Notes: generated from the sequence alone by a model not told the origin. A stretch of DNA of 64,000 nucleotides from Candidatus Kapaibacterium sp. (GCA_018883125.1 VEQR01000005.1:689-64688); one strand, 5' to 3'; shown: positions 18,931 to 29,695, numbered from the stretch's first letter. A program made the numbers and translations.

Positions 18931-21900
18931 TTAACGAACGATCGTGAGCGTCTTCGACAAGACCGTCTCACCGACTGTGAGCTTGTACATGTACGAGCCG
19001 CTTGCGACATCTGTACCGTCGTCGCGACGTCCGTCCCACTCAACTGCGTAAGCGTTCTGCTGACCGGCTACGACGTTGTTGTAAACGGTCTTCACAACGT
19101 TGCCCATGAGGTCATATACTTCAAGCTTAACCTTTGAGCTCTTTGGTACTGTGAACGCGAACGTTGTCTTGCCATTTGTTGGGTTCGGATAGCTGTTGTC
19201 AAGCACGACATCAGCAGTCGAACCGAACTCTACATTGACCACATTCGAGAAGTTCATTGCACCGCTCACGTCAACCTGACGGAGGCGATACTCGTAGGTG
19301 TTGCCACCCGTCACGTCCGCATCGAAGAACTTGTAATTCTTCGTGGTGTTTGCGTTGCCGGCACCATTGACAAACCCAACGGCCTTCCATGGGTTGTTTG
19401 CATCGGTCGTATTATCAACGCAGTTCAAAGATGCCTTGCCTGTTGTCAGGTTCATGACTTCCTTCACTGCACGACGCTCAACATGGAAACCAACGTTGTT
19501 CTTTTCTGCCGACGTTTCCCAGAAGAGATCGATACCTGCTGCACGACCACGTGCATCGAAGTACGTCAGCTCGACAGGAGTGATACAATTCACGTACACC
19601 GGCGGATTCGAGAATGAACGGTTACCAAAGAACGGACGAAGCAGCGGGATCCACGAGCCACGCGTAAACGTAGCCTGACCAAGGCTCTTACCCATAGCGT
19701 CAAGGTGACCGTATCCAGGGTTGCCGATCGTAGGCGTGAACTGCACCCAGTCACCGCTGAAGCGTGTTTGCTCGAAAGCAAAACGGTTATCATTCAGGAG
19801 CGAACCGGCACGGTTGCGAATCCGGAAATTCTTGTCCACGATGAGCGAACGGTTACCGAGACCGAATGTCGGCACATCTGAGTAAAAGGTCGTGACCATA
19901 CCCATACGTGTCTCCGAGGCGCCAAGCTCATAACCTTCAGTACCCATCTGAGCAACAGATGCCCAGTATTCACCCGGAGGAATAACGACTGGCGCTGGGA
20001 GCAGGTACGTAACATACTTACCAAACTGCGGTTCCGTAAAGGCACCGGTTTCGTCCTCACCGCGACGACGAAGGATCGTCGAATTCGCAACGCGTTCGTC
20101 ACCAGGCAGACCGCCTTGGTCACGATATAGCGAGAACGAAATATTCAGCACATCCTGATTGAGCTCAGCAAAGAATGCTTGGTAACCAGCAAGCGTATCC
20201 TGTGAGTAAAGCGTGAAGCGCATAGCGATCTGACCCGAAGCACAACCGGCATCGCAACCGTACATGGCATTATTTGTCATGCCATTTGGAGCGTGCGGAC
20301 CTGCGCCGTTATAGGAGATCGACGTTGGGTTGTACTGGGCGAATGGACCACCACCAAATGGACTAAGCCATGTCGATGGCACACCACCTGAGGCTGCACC
20401 AGCGTGGTTCAGACCCTTACCCGAGACACCAGAGAACTGAAGCTTTGGAACGTCATTGACGGCATTCGTTGGATTCGTCTCGTAGGCAAACGCCGGTCCA
20501 AACGTCATGCGGAACATTGTGAACGTTGAATCGTTCAACGTATCCAAGTCATTACCAGGGAAGAAGATACGACCAGTGACCTTGTAGTTTCCAGGTGTTG
20601 TCGTGCGGAAGTTAGCATCTGGGAAAGGCAAGATCACTTCACGGTTACCGGCAAGTGTCGGAACAGTGATCTGACGACAGTAGATTGCTTGATCTTCATT
20701 ACCGTCTGGCTTGATCTGCACACGCACCGAGAAAGCTGGAGCTGGAATGTTCGTGTTGTTTGAAAGCTTCACACGAATTGGAACGCGCGTTGCCTGCGAC
20801 GCTGGAGCCATCGTATATGGCCAGATCAGCTGAATGTTGCTGAACTCAACGTCTGTGACTTCGTCTGGATACAGAAGCTTAACGTTATCGATGAAGAAGT
20901 TGTCTTCGTCGTCCGATGGGAACGGAGGATTAGAGTTCACAATACAGTTCGCACGCAGACGGAAACGGAAGCTTCGGGCTCCTTCGTTAACCCAGCGGAG
21001 AACTGTATCAGGGATTGGCACTGTGACCTTGAAATACTCGTAATCCTTACCATCGTCGAAGAGGTCTTCACGCAGACCGCCGAGTGGTGGAATTGCGGTG
21101 TTGTTTAGCTGGAGGTTGTAGTCGGCAAGATCAAATCCACGAGCATAACCACCACCACCCCAGATGGAGAATGGTTGCATGTATGATGTACCGCGGTTTT
21201 GATAGTCAAGCACCCACTGGTTGATGTTTGTGATTCCTGTAATACCATCGCTCGATGGACGGGCGAATTCAACGAGCAGTTCGTCTGGCCTCCGGATAAT
21301 CGGCGATGGAGCGAAACCATTCGTCTGAAGCACAACGCGGTGCTCAGGACCGATGAGACGGTTATCCGAGAAGCCACGACCAATGTTTGTCAACTTGCCA
21401 GAACGCTGGTAAGAAATCGAAAGCACGGCACGCTTGCGGCGGACGAGGTTGATCGGGAATGAGCGGAGTTCATCACCGCCGTACGTACCGTTTGGTGGAA
21501 TGTCCACGTTTGACAAGTTCCAGCGGTTCATCTTAATCACTGGTGACTTCAGACGGAAGACGTCAGAGTTAGCAGCGGCATATTCGCCCCGCGGTGGAGG
21601 AGGATTGTTAGTCGCTTCATCACCGTCAACTACTTCAGCCTCAAGGTTCACCCACTTCAGAACCGAAGGCATTGCAGCACCACCAACCAGGTGATACTCA
21701 TTTACATCGTCAGAGAACGATGTCAAGCGACGCATCGAGAAAATGCGGATACTCGTTGTATCGTCAAACGGCCATTGGTCACCAATCGGCTGGTTCAGCG
21801 AGTCCTTCGGTTCAGCAATCACCGTCGTCAGAAGGCGACCGATCTGATCGTCAATGAACGGGTTCGGCTCAAATGGCGGGAAGATCACCTTCACGAATTC

Positions 21901-23679
21901 GTACGGAAGAACGAATGTATTGGCCGGCTGATATGCAGTGTTGTTTCCATTGATATCGCAACGGAATATCTGCGAAAGGTTCGTGTCGCGCAGGGCTGCG
22001 TCTGTGACGGCGCGCGACGTGTTGTACACGATTTTACCTGTCGCCTCATTGACGATACGGAATCGGACGCGGAAGTTCGTACCCTGAGGTACGTAGTTCA
22101 CACCCTGTGGCCCCTGGATATCGTTCGTGAGGCTCTGAACGATAACTACTGGCTGGATGGCACCGAGGCGATCCTCACCAGCAAGGAGCTCATAGTTGTT
22201 TGCTTGGTTTGGTGGCACAACAACGGAGAACGCTAGGTTTGCATTGGCGTTCTGCTGGCGAACACGGTATGACACGTTGATAACGCGTAGCGTGTTGCGG
22301 AATTGCTTGAACTTGATTGCCAAGAAGTCCTTAGGAACCGTGTTGTCGTCGTTGCGCGTACTGATAGCGCGCACGGTGCCAAGAGTTTCCATATCAACGT
22401 TGTAGAGATACTCCGTGCTTTGCGTGTACTTTGGCACACTGAAATCAAGCGTCGTGATCGCTGGCATCGCGTTCGGGAAACCGTTCCAGTTCAAACGGCG
22501 AGCAGGACCTGTAACACCAACGGTGGAGTTACAACGCATCCAAACTGTGGCTGGCAATGGCTGGATAGCGGAGCGCGGAGCAAGACCGGCAAAGCGACCA
22601 TACTGAATCGTCACCGAACTGTCACTACGATTAAGCGTCACCTGAAGAGAAAAGCGGTAGTGCTCACCGAAGTTCGGACGATTATTCGCAGGGAACACAA
22701 TGTTGTTGTGAACGATGGCGCCCGAACGTGCCGACTTCGTGCCGATAGGTGTCAGGTTCACGTAATAGATGACAAGCTTGTCATTTGACGGTGATCGCTT
22801 GTAGTAGACACGTGAGAAATCATCTACTGCATTGTCGTTCGTGCTGTATACCGACACCTGGAGGTCGTCCCATGCCGGAGCGATAAGCTGCGGTTGAACC
22901 GATGAAGGCCAGGTAGCTTGAAGACTTCCTTGGTCAAGCATACGATTGGTCTTCGAGCGGATACCAGCGGTAGCGTTCGTTGGCGAGCCGCCGCAGGCAA
23001 CCCAAGTAAACCCGTAATCGTCTGCAGTTCCGTCCGTCATACCGTCACCAGAGCGCGTGCGGTAATCGTCCGACATCGGGTCATAGGCGGAATTAACACC
23101 AGGACGAACTTCAAGAGAGGTGCGACCTGCCGGAAAACCGAACTGGTCCACATTGTAGAAATACCGCCGGTTCGACAGAGCGATAAGACCGTTCGTCGAG
23201 ACATAGAAGGAGTCTTGACGAACCCCGTTAAAGAAGAACGGGAAGCCGATGGAGATCGGGCCGGCGAACGCATCGTCGGTTGAATCTCCGATGACGGCCG
23301 GATTCCGGAAGAACGCCCATCCACCGTAAATGTTCTGAGTTGGATCAGTCCAGTACGACGTTGGGATCTGACGAGGACCGGAGACGATCCGACGCCATGT
23401 TCCAGGTTCGGTCAGCGTGTCAACGAACTGCGAAGGGTCTGGACGCCAGAAATCCGGCGCTTCGTCGTCAGAGTCGACAAAGTAGTAACCCGTCGAAATG
23501 GCAGGATTGGTCCGTGCGTTAGCAGCGGTGGCAGTGAACGGCTGCGGGTAGGATGGAACAGGCGTACGCTGTCCACTTTTACGCAAAACGTCCTCGCCAT
23601 CCTTACCGTCGGCGGCCATCGCCAGCGAAACGCTGACAAGCCCCATCGTGAGTACAAGGAATAGCAGTCTGCGGCTCAT
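18931..23679 (-). CDS. Giant secreted T9SS cargo protein (paralog 2, ~1582 aa) of unknown function
   Basis: The ATG at 23679 is preceded by GAGG and followed by a signal peptide (RRLLFLVLTMGLVSVSLAMA). The protein is colinear with paralog 1. The C-terminus has ELTYFDARG...YRLRQVDVSG followed by YPNPTNGKTTFAF...LEVYDLMGN...GSYMYKL (T9SS CTD). Confidence 0.85.
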   Translation of the reverse strand: MSRRLLFLVLTMGLVSVSLAMAADGKDGEDVLRKSGQRTPVPSYPQPFTATAANARTNPAISTGYYFVDSDDEAPDFWRPDPSQFVDTLTEPGTWRRIVSGPRQIPTSYWTDPTQNIYGGWAFFRNPAVIGDSTDDAFAGPISIGFPFFFNGVRQDSFYVSTNGLIALSNRRYFYNVDQFGFPAGRTSLEVRPGVNSAYDPMSDDYRTRSGDGMTDGTADDYGFTWVACGGSPTNATAGIRSKTNRMLDQGSLQATWPSSVQPQLIAPAWDDLQVSVYSTNDNAVDDFSRVYYKRSPSNDKLVIYYVNLTPIGTKSARSGAIVHNNIVFPANNRPNFGEHYRFSLQVTLNRSDSSVTIQYGRFAGLAPRSAIQPLPATVWMRCNSTVGVTGPARRLNWNGFPNAMPAITTLDFSVPKYTQSTEYLYNVDMETLGTVRAISTRNDDNTVPKDFLAIKFKQFRNTLRVINVSYRVRQQNANANLAFSVVVPPNQANNYELLAGEDRLGAIQPVVIVQSLTNDIQGPQGVNYVPQGTNFRVRFRIVNEATGKIVYNTSRAVTDAALRDTNLSQIFRCDINGNNTAYQPANTFVLPYEFVKVIFPPFEPNPFIDDQIGRLLTTVIAEPKDSLNQPIGDQWPFDDTTSIRIFSMRRLTSFSDDVNEYHLVGGAAMPSVLKWVNLEAEVVDGDEATNNPPPPRGEYAAANSDVFRLKSPVIKMNRWNLSNVDIPPNGTYGGDELRSFPINLVRRKRAVLSISYQRSGKLTNIGRGFSDNRLIGPEHRVVLQTNGFAPSPIIRRPDELLVEFARPSSDGITGITNINQWVLDYQNRGTSYMQPFSIWGGGGYARGFDLADYNLQLNNTAIPPLGGLREDLFDDGKDYEYFKVTVPIPDTVLRWVNEGARSFRFRLRANCIVNSNPPFPSDDEDNFFIDNVKLLYPDEVTDVEFSNIQLIWPYTMAPASQATRVPIRVKLSNNTNIPAPAFSVRVQIKPDGNEDQAIYCRQITVPTLAGNREVILPFPDANFRTTTPGNYKVTGRIFFPGNDLDTLNDSTFTMFRMTFGPAFAYETNPTNAVNDVPKLQFSGVSGKGLNHAGAASGGVPSTWLSPFGGGPFAQYNPTSISYNGAGPHAPNGMTNNAMYGCDAGCASGQIAMRFTLYSQDTLAGYQAFFAELNQDVLNISFSLYRDQGGLPGDERVANSTILRRRGEDETGAFTEPQFGKYVTYLLPAPVVIPPGEYWASVAQMGTEGYELGASETRMGMVTTFYSDVPTFGLGNRSLIVDKNFRIRNRAGSLLNDNRFAFEQTRFSGDWVQFTPTIGNPGYGHLDAMGKSLGQATFTRGSWIPLLRPFFGNRSFSNPPVYVNCITPVELTYFDARGRAAGIDLFWETSAEKNNVGFHVERRAVKEVMNLTTGKASLNCVDNTTDANNPWKAVGFVNGAGNANTTKNYKFFDADVTGGNTYEYRLRQVDVSGAMNFSNVVNVEFGSTADVVLDNSYPNPTNGKTTFAFTVPKSSKVKLEVYDLMGNVVKTVYNNVVAGQQNAYAVEWDGRRDDGTDVASGSYMYKLTVGETVLSKTLTIVR

Positions 23680-23823
23680 GCAAACCTCAATGAAACAGTG
23701 ATGAAGTATGTGTTTTTGGTTCTCATTCAACGTCGGTTTTGATGTGCTCCCTCGCATAACAACAGCCCGAAGTACAATCCGTTACACACGCAAGGATGCA
23801 CTTCTCCCGAGGAAGCATCCCTC

Positions 23824-23852
23824 AATATTTGGATTTTGGTCGAATTAGTCAA
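23824..23852 (-). promoter_or_regulatory. Candidate sigma70-like promoter for giant paralog 2
   Basis: On the minus strand: an A7 tract (23861..23855), TTGACT (23852..23847), a 17-nt spacer, then AATATT (23829..23824). This rests on motif match only. Confidence 0.3.
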
Positions 23853-23906
23853 ACTTTTTTTCTCCCCACGGTTGAAGGGGAAGAATATTAAAAGTGGATT
23901 TATGCA

Positions 23907-24536
23907 TCAGAGTTGCGGTTTGGGGTTGTTAGGCGGCGAAGAAGTCGAATCCCGGATGTGCTGGCAGTAAACGTTCATTATCTCGGGATAGAGCCTGTGT
24001 TCGATGGTTTTAACCCTGTTCTGAAGTGTACGCGGATCGTCCCCTGCCCTTACTTCGACGCTCATTTGGGCGAGGATCGCCCCTTCGTCGTACTCTTGCG
24101 TGACCCTGTGTACGGTGGCTCCGGTTATGGATTCTCCTGCCTCAATAACCGCTGTATGGACGTGCAGTCCATACATCCCTTGCCCCCCAAATCTGGGCAG
24201 AAGCGCCGGATGAATGTTCAGGACATTCCCTTCCAACAGCGTGATGACGGATTCCGGCAGCTTTCGCAAAAAACCGGCGAGTGCTAGAACAGCTATCTGG
24301 TGGGACTGCAGTGCAGAGAGCAGAGATTCCTCCCAATGCTCTGCGGGCAGCACAACAACCGGAATGCGCCTATCAGAGGCAACAGAAACAATACCGGCAT
24401 CGCCACGAGTGGCAATGACCAGATCAATTTGGTATGATGAATCGTTGGCGGAAGAGCGATCGATCAATGCAGCGGCATTGCTACCGGCACCGCTTCCCAG
24501 CACAGCCACAGAGATACGTTTGTCCACGGCGGTCAT
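23907..24536 (-). CDS. purN: Phosphoribosylglycinamide formyltransferase
   Basis: [12 protein letters not shown]...LAGFLRKLP...[12 protein letters not shown]...GATVH are PurN motifs. The start was set to the ATG at 24536, which overlaps the metH stop as ATGA. Confidence 0.9.
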   Translation of the reverse strand: MTAVDKRISVAVLGSGAGSNAAALIDRSSANDSSYQIDLVIATRGDAGIVSVASDRRIPVVVLPAEHWEESLLSALQSHQIAVLALAGFLRKLPESVITLLEGNVLNIHPALLPRFGGQGMYGLHVHTAVIEAGESITGATVHRVTQEYDEGAILAQMSVEVRAGDDPRTLQNRVKTIEHRLYPEIMNVYCQHIRDSTSSPPNNPKPQL

Positions 24537-27500
24537 CGACCCTCGACCAGATTCGGTGCAAGCCATCGGCTTGCATCATCCTCGCTGAGCCCCTTGCGTC
24601 GGGCATAATCCGAGACCTGGTCTGCCAAGATTCCATTGACAGCGAAGTAGGTCGCCTGCGGGTGGGCAAAGTACCAGCCGCTGACGCTCGATGCAGGCAC
24701 CATAGCCATGCTTTCTGTCAGCGACAGGCCGATCGAGTTCTGTGCATCGAGAAGACCGAAGAGCGTCCGCTTTTCCGTGTGATCCGGACACGCCGGATAC
24801 CCGGGTGCCGGACGAATTCCCTGGTAGCTCTCGGATAGCATCTCCTCACTGGGCAAAGGGGCTCCTGCCTCGTACCCCCAGAGCTCTCGTCGGACCTTCT
24901 CATGGAGCCACTCAGCACACGCCTCAGCCAGCCGATCTGCCAAGGCCTTTACGAGGATTGCCGAATAGTCATCATTTTCCAGCACATACTGCTGGGCAAG
25001 CTCATCGACACCATCGCCGACGCACACGGCAAAAGCTCCCATATGGTCGCTTGAAGACGAAAGTACACGCTCTTCCCGTACGATGAAATCCGCGAGCGAG
25101 AGATGTGGCAAACCGCTCGCACGCTTTCCCTGCTGACGCAGGAAGTGCAACGTGGTGGAGCCATTGATGACCACGTCATCGGGCGCACTGCGCTTGGCTG
25201 GGAACAGCCCGCAGACGGCCCGTGCCCTGAACGATGACTTCGCGACAATCGAATCAAGAAGTGCGTTTGCATCATCGAACAACGCCTTGGCCTGCTGGCC
25301 AATAACGGGATCCCCAAAGATCGCAGGGTAGCGCCCCCTGAGCTCCCATGAGAGAAAGAACGGCGTCCAGTCGATGTACCGGCGGAGATCTGCAAGGTCA
25401 ATGTGATCAAACACATGAACGCCCGGCATCCGAGGCGCAGGCGCCACAAGTGCCGGATCTACCTCAAGGGCGTTGGCCCGCGCAGCGTCTAGTGGTACAT
25501 AGTCCTTCGCGTCGGAACGCCTAGCGTACTCGTGGCGAACACGTTCATAGTCCTGACGGATTCCTGTGGTAAATGCTTCACTGCCATCGCTTGACAGCAG
25601 CGCCCCCACCACGGGTACAGCCTTCGATGCATCAAGAACGTGGATCACCGGGAACGAAGCCGACGGCGCGATCTTCACAGCCGTGTGTGTGCGCGAGGTG
25701 GTAGCACCACCGATGAGAAGAGGCTTCGAAACGTTTCGCCGTTCGAGTTCCTTGGCAACGTGCACCATCTCATCAAGGGAGGGTGTAATAAGTCCGGAAA
25801 GGCCGATTACGTCAGCCTCATGCTCGATAGCCGCATCAATGATTCGCTCTGCCGGGACCATCACACCAAGGTCCACCACTTTGTAATTGTTACATCCAAG
25901 CACCACGCCAACGATGTTCTTTCCGATATCGTGCACATCACCCTTGACAGTAGCCAACAGAACAACGCCGGCATGCTGCTGCACGTTACCGGAGAGACGC
26001 TTCTCTTCTTCCATGTAGGGGGTCAGGATCGCTACGGCTTTCTTCATCACGCGAGCACTCTTGACCACCTGCGGCAGAAACATCTTGCCAGCACCGAAGA
26101 GATCCCCAACGTGATTCATTCCATCCATCAGCGGACCTTCGATAATGGAAAGGGGCGTCGGGTACGTCCGCAGTGCTTCGTCAACATCGGCATCGATGTG
26201 CTCAGTAAGCCCCTTGACAAGAGCATGCTGGAGACGTTCGGCAATCGGACGTTCGCGCCATTCCTCAACGATGTCGTCGCCCGACTTTCGCTCTGTCACC
26301 GTGGCCGCAAAGTCCAGCAACCGCTCAGTGGAGTCGGCCCTTCGGTTGAGAAGAACATCCTCCACGCGCTCGAGAAGATCCGCCGGGATCTCGTCGTAGA
26401 CGTCGATCTGCCCTGCATTGACGATTCCCATGTCCAGTCCGGCGCGGATAGCATGATAGAGAAACGCCGTATGCATGGCCCGCCGCACGGGTTCGTTACC
26501 GCGGAACGAGAACGAGATGTTGCTGACACCACCGCTGACCTTTGCCAGCGGAAGGTTCTGCTTGATCCAGCCTGTGGCACGGATGAAGTCCACAGCATAA
26601 TTGTTGTGCTCCTCTATGCCCGTGGCAACGGTCAGGATATTCGGATCGAAGATGACGTCCTGCGCCGGCATCCCAACCTTCGTGGTCAATATCTCGTAGG
26701 CCCTGGCACAGATCTCGATACGACGCTGGTAGGAGTCCGCTTGGCCGACCTCATCGAAGGCCATCACGATAACCGCAGCTCCATAGTCGCGGCAGAGCGT
26801 TGCGCGCCGTACGAACTCGTCTTCGCCATCCTTGAGCGAGATCGAGTTGACGATCCCCTTGCCCTGAATGCAGCGCAATCCGGCCTCGAGAACCGACCAC
26901 TTCGATGAGTCGATCATCACGGGTACACGGGATATGTCCGGCTCGGCGGCAACAAGATTGAGGAACGTGGTCATGGCAGACTCGGAGTCCAGCAATCCTT
27001 CGTCCATGTTCACATCGATGATCTGCGCCCCATTCTCAACTTGCTGACGCGCCACATCAAGCGCCTTCTCATACTCGGCATTGAGGATCATCTTGGCGAA
27101 CGCCCTCGAGCCCGACACGTTCGTGCGCTCTCCGACGTTCACAAAGTTTGTCTCAGGCCGGATCTCCACCATTTCCAAGCCGCTGAGACGCATGTTCTCG
27201 GTTGGCACGGCAAGCGTTCGTGGCGAGCACGACGCAACGGCATCCGCCATCGCGCGGATGTGATCAGGCGTGGTCCCGCAACAACCACCCAGAATATTCA
27301 GAAAACCGGCACCGGCGTATTCGCGCGCCTGCTGGGCCATGTACTCCGGACTCTCATCATATCCACCCATGGCATTGGGAAGTCCGGCATTGGGATAGAG
27401 CGACACATACGACGAAGCAACCGTTGAAAGCTCTTCGATAAAGGGGCGCATCATTGCCGACCCAAGGGCGCAGTTCAGTCCCACCGACAGCAGGTTGCGG

Positions 27501-28201
27501 GCATGTGCGATCGATGTCCAGAAGGCCGATGGCGTCTGGCCGGAAAGCGTCCGACCGGACATATCCGTAATGGTGCCACTGATCATCATCGGTATGGTCA
27601 GTTGCTGCTCGTCAACGATCTCCGCCCACGCTTTAAGTGCGGCCTTCGCATTCAGGGTGTCGGTGATAGTTTCAAGGAGGATGAGATCTACGCCCCCTTC
27701 CACCAGACCAAGCAGCTGCTCGCGGAAAGAAAGGCGCATCTCATCAAACGTCACGGCGCGTGCACCGGGGTCGTTAACGTCAGGCGACATCGATAACATC
27801 TTCGTTGTCGGGCCAATCGACCCCGCAACGAAACGGGGCCTATCAGGAGTGAGCCGAGTCATTTCCGACGCGGCCTGACGAGCAATGCGAGCCCCTTCCC
27901 GACTGATCTCCCGGGCTATGTGGGATAGCCCATACTCGGCCTGACCAAGGGGCGTTGAGGAGAAGGTGTTGGTTTCGATGATATCGGAACCGGCACGAAG
28001 ATATTCGGCATGGATCTGACGAATAGCCTCGGGCTGCGTGAGAACAAGCAGATCGTTGTTCCCTCGCAAAGCACTCGGGTGATCGGCGAAGCGCGCGCCG
28101 CGGTAATCGTCTTCCGTGAGCTTCAGGCGCTGAATCATGGTTCCCATGGCGCCGTCGAGCATTAGGATGCGCTTCTGAAGAAGCGATCGGATGTCATTCA
28201 T
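24533..28201 (-). CDS. metH: Cobalamin-dependent methionine synthase
   Basis: The 1222-aa product has all four modules: Hcy-binding, pterin-binding, the B12 motif [11 protein letters not shown], and the AdoMet activation domain. Confidence 0.95.
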   Translation of the reverse strand: MNDIRSLLQKRILMLDGAMGTMIQRLKLTEDDYRGARFADHPSALRGNNDLLVLTQPEAIRQIHAEYLRAGSDIIETNTFSSTPLGQAEYGLSHIAREISREGARIARQAASEMTRLTPDRPRFVAGSIGPTTKMLSMSPDVNDPGARAVTFDEMRLSFREQLLGLVEGGVDLILLETITDTLNAKAALKAWAEIVDEQQLTIPMMISGTITDMSGRTLSGQTPSAFWTSIAHARNLLSVGLNCALGSAMMRPFIEELSTVASSYVSLYPNAGLPNAMGGYDESPEYMAQQAREYAGAGFLNILGGCCGTTPDHIRAMADAVASCSPRTLAVPTENMRLSGLEMVEIRPETNFVNVGERTNVSGSRAFAKMILNAEYEKALDVARQQVENGAQIIDVNMDEGLLDSESAMTTFLNLVAAEPDISRVPVMIDSSKWSVLEAGLRCIQGKGIVNSISLKDGEDEFVRRATLCRDYGAAVIVMAFDEVGQADSYQRRIEICARAYEILTTKVGMPAQDVIFDPNILTVATGIEEHNNYAVDFIRATGWIKQNLPLAKVSGGVSNISFSFRGNEPVRRAMHTAFLYHAIRAGLDMGIVNAGQIDVYDEIPADLLERVEDVLLNRRADSTERLLDFAATVTERKSGDDIVEEWRERPIAERLQHALVKGLTEHIDADVDEALRTYPTPLSIIEGPLMDGMNHVGDLFGAGKMFLPQVVKSARVMKKAVAILTPYMEEEKRLSGNVQQHAGVVLLATVKGDVHDIGKNIVGVVLGCNNYKVVDLGVMVPAERIIDAAIEHEADVIGLSGLITPSLDEMVHVAKELERRNVSKPLLIGGATTSRTHTAVKIAPSASFPVIHVLDASKAVPVVGALLSSDGSEAFTTGIRQDYERVRHEYARRSDAKDYVPLDAARANALEVDPALVAPAPRMPGVHVFDHIDLADLRRYIDWTPFFLSWELRGRYPAIFGDPVIGQQAKALFDDANALLDSIVAKSSFRARAVCGLFPAKRSAPDDVVINGSTTLHFLRQQGKRASGLPHLSLADFIVREERVLSSSSDHMGAFAVCVGDGVDELAQQYVLENDDYSAILVKALADRLAEACAEWLHEKVRRELWGYEAGAPLPSEEMLSESYQGIRPAPGYPACPDHTEKRTLFGLLDAQNSIGLSLTESMAMVPASSVSGWYFAHPQATYFAVNGILADQVSDYARRKGLSEDDASRWLAPNLVEGR

Positions 28202-28917
28202 TACCGCAAATCTACGTCGTGACTCATGATGGTGACCGCTGATCCTTCAATGCGGTAGCGGAATCGTGAGCGCTGAATCGACAGGATGTATGTTGCGTCG
28301 GATTCCTGTCGGATGCGCCTGTACGGATGTGGAAGCGGATCGGCACGTAGGGTGCGCACCACATACGAAAGATGGTCAGCAGGGATGCCATCGATGCTGC
28401 ACTGCCAGCTTACCGAGTACGGCTCTGGAGGCTGCTCATCAACCCATGGCAGAGAACTGTCCGGAAAGGCATCGGCATAGGCCAGATACGGCTTGATATC
28501 AAGCACGGGCGTTCCGTCCAAAAGATCAGTGTCTTCAACGGTAAGCCGCAGTCCGGTCACACCCAGCAGGCGCACGCATGTTAGCCCTATCGGGTTGGGA
28601 CGGTGCGGCGAGCGTGTTGCAAACACGCCCCGTTTGATGCGTCCACGCGGTGGCAGAACAAGAGGCTTCCAGTTCTCGGCCTTGTGAAAGATCGTCACAA
28701 GCCACACGCGCTCACATCCCTCGAGGTCCTTCAGGGCTTGTTCGTAGTTCATTCGCGGGTACAACTCAACCACGGCCGGGCGCATGCTTTCATCCCATCC
28801 TGGTTGACGCGGTGCATCGGATTTGGCCGTTGCTGCGGTGCGGATTATTCCGATCGGTCGCAGAGTCCAGACGCTACCGCTTTGCGCGTCATCAGTGACC
28901 TTCTTGCCGGACTTCAT
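28201..28917 (-). CDS. trmO: tRNA (N6-threonylcarbamoyladenosine(37)-N6)-methyltransferase TrmO (TsaA/YaeB family)
   Basis: IGIIRT...[17 protein letters not shown]...[14 protein letters not shown] are typical of the TsaA/YaeB family. The stop overlaps the metH ATG by 1 nt (TAATG). Confidence 0.85.
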   Translation of the reverse strand: MKSGKKVTDDAQSGSVWTLRPIGIIRTAATAKSDAPRQPGWDESMRPAVVELYPRMNYEQALKDLEGCERVWLVTIFHKAENWKPLVLPPRGRIKRGVFATRSPHRPNPIGLTCVRLLGVTGLRLTVEDTDLLDGTPVLDIKPYLAYADAFPDSSLPWVDEQPPEPYSVSWQCSIDGIPADHLSYVVRTLRADPLPHPYRRIRQESDATYILSIQRSRFRYRIEGSAVTIMSHDVDLR

Positions 28918-28921
28918 ACAC

Positions 28922-29695
28922 CTACCAAGCCGAACCGATCGTCATCGAAATGATCAGTCCTCCGAAGTCCTTGATCGGATTAAACCGTATGCTCTCCAGC
29001 CCGTCACCTCCGAATGGGATCGTATAGTACCTCAGGCCAACTCCAACCTGGTTGCCCTTTCCTACCGGACCAAAGACGGCACCAAAGCCAAGCATGGCAC
29101 CGGGGCGAACGTAGGTGGTAGCGTACCCGAACGATTCGAAGTATTCGTAAAACCGAAGGACCTCTCCGTAATTGCCGTAGTCGAGATATGGTGTCCGGAT
29201 GATGGTTGCCGCAACCGCACCGATGCTGAAATACGGCCGGAATGTTTCCTGGAGGCTTTCACGAAACAGTCGATACTGGATTGATGCCGTCAGCGGGATC
29301 ATGAGCAGGCGGTTGACCTTCTCCGACACAACCAAAAAGCTGTTGTTGAAGATTGCGTTCTCAAACTCATCGGTGTTTCGACGTCCGGTGATGAACAGGT
29401 CAACATTGAGCGTCACCCCAGTACCGATCTCGGTTCCGTAATAGCCCCCTACAGCCCATCCGCTTGATGAAAAAAGCAGGGACATACCAGCATTGTTGTA
29501 GGCCACGGCATGATTAGTGACGTCTTCGAGAAGGGGCCTCACAGGACGAAAGATGATCGTGGTATCCGTTGCCGGCAGGTCTGCACCGGTAACCTGTCCA
29601 CGACAGACACCCGAAGAAAGCACCACCATGCCGAACAGAAGCAGCAGGATCCTTTGCCGCCAGGTTTCACGCAGATGTATGTTACTCGTGCCCAT
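28922..29695 (-). CDS. Hypothetical outer-membrane beta-barrel-like protein
   Basis: It has a signal peptide, alternating Gly/aromatic-rich segments, and a C-terminal ...MTIGSAW ending in an aromatic residue. It lies 4 nt upstream of trmO. Confidence 0.55.
   Translation of the reverse strand: MGTSNIHLRETWRQRILLLLFGMVVLSSGVCRGQVTGADLPATDTTIIFRPVRPLLEDVTNHAVAYNNAGMSLLFSSSGWAVGGYYGTEIGTGVTLNVDLFITGRRNTDEFENAIFNNSFLVVSEKVNRLLMIPLTASIQYRLFRESLQETFRPYFSIGAVAATIIRTPYLDYGNYGEVLRFYEYFESFGYATTYVRPGAMLGFGAVFGPVGKGNQVGVGLRYYTIPFGGDGLESIRFNPIKDFGGLIISMTIGSAW

Noticed and set aside
13166-23757. The giant paralogs as a recent tandem duplication, recombination cassette or phase-variation system
   Set aside because: Nucleotide identity is low even where the proteins are identical, because third codon positions are saturated. 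There are no long DNA repeats to drive recombination, and no invertase or reverse-transcriptase gene nearby.
23861-23884. Hairpin TCCCC-N9-GGGGA just below the purN stop, considered as a purN terminator
   Set aside because: On the minus-strand transcript the hairpin is followed by an A-run, not a U-run. The T-run precedes it on the plus strand, where there is no gene. It is more likely part of the A-tract/UP region of the downstream promoter.
25640-26908. 422-aa plus-strand ORF (with several shorter ones) antisense to metH
   Set aside because: It lies wholly inside the unambiguous MetH reading frame. It has no recognisable motifs and an Arg/His/Asp-rich, shadow-ORF-like composition typical of GC-rich antisense frames.
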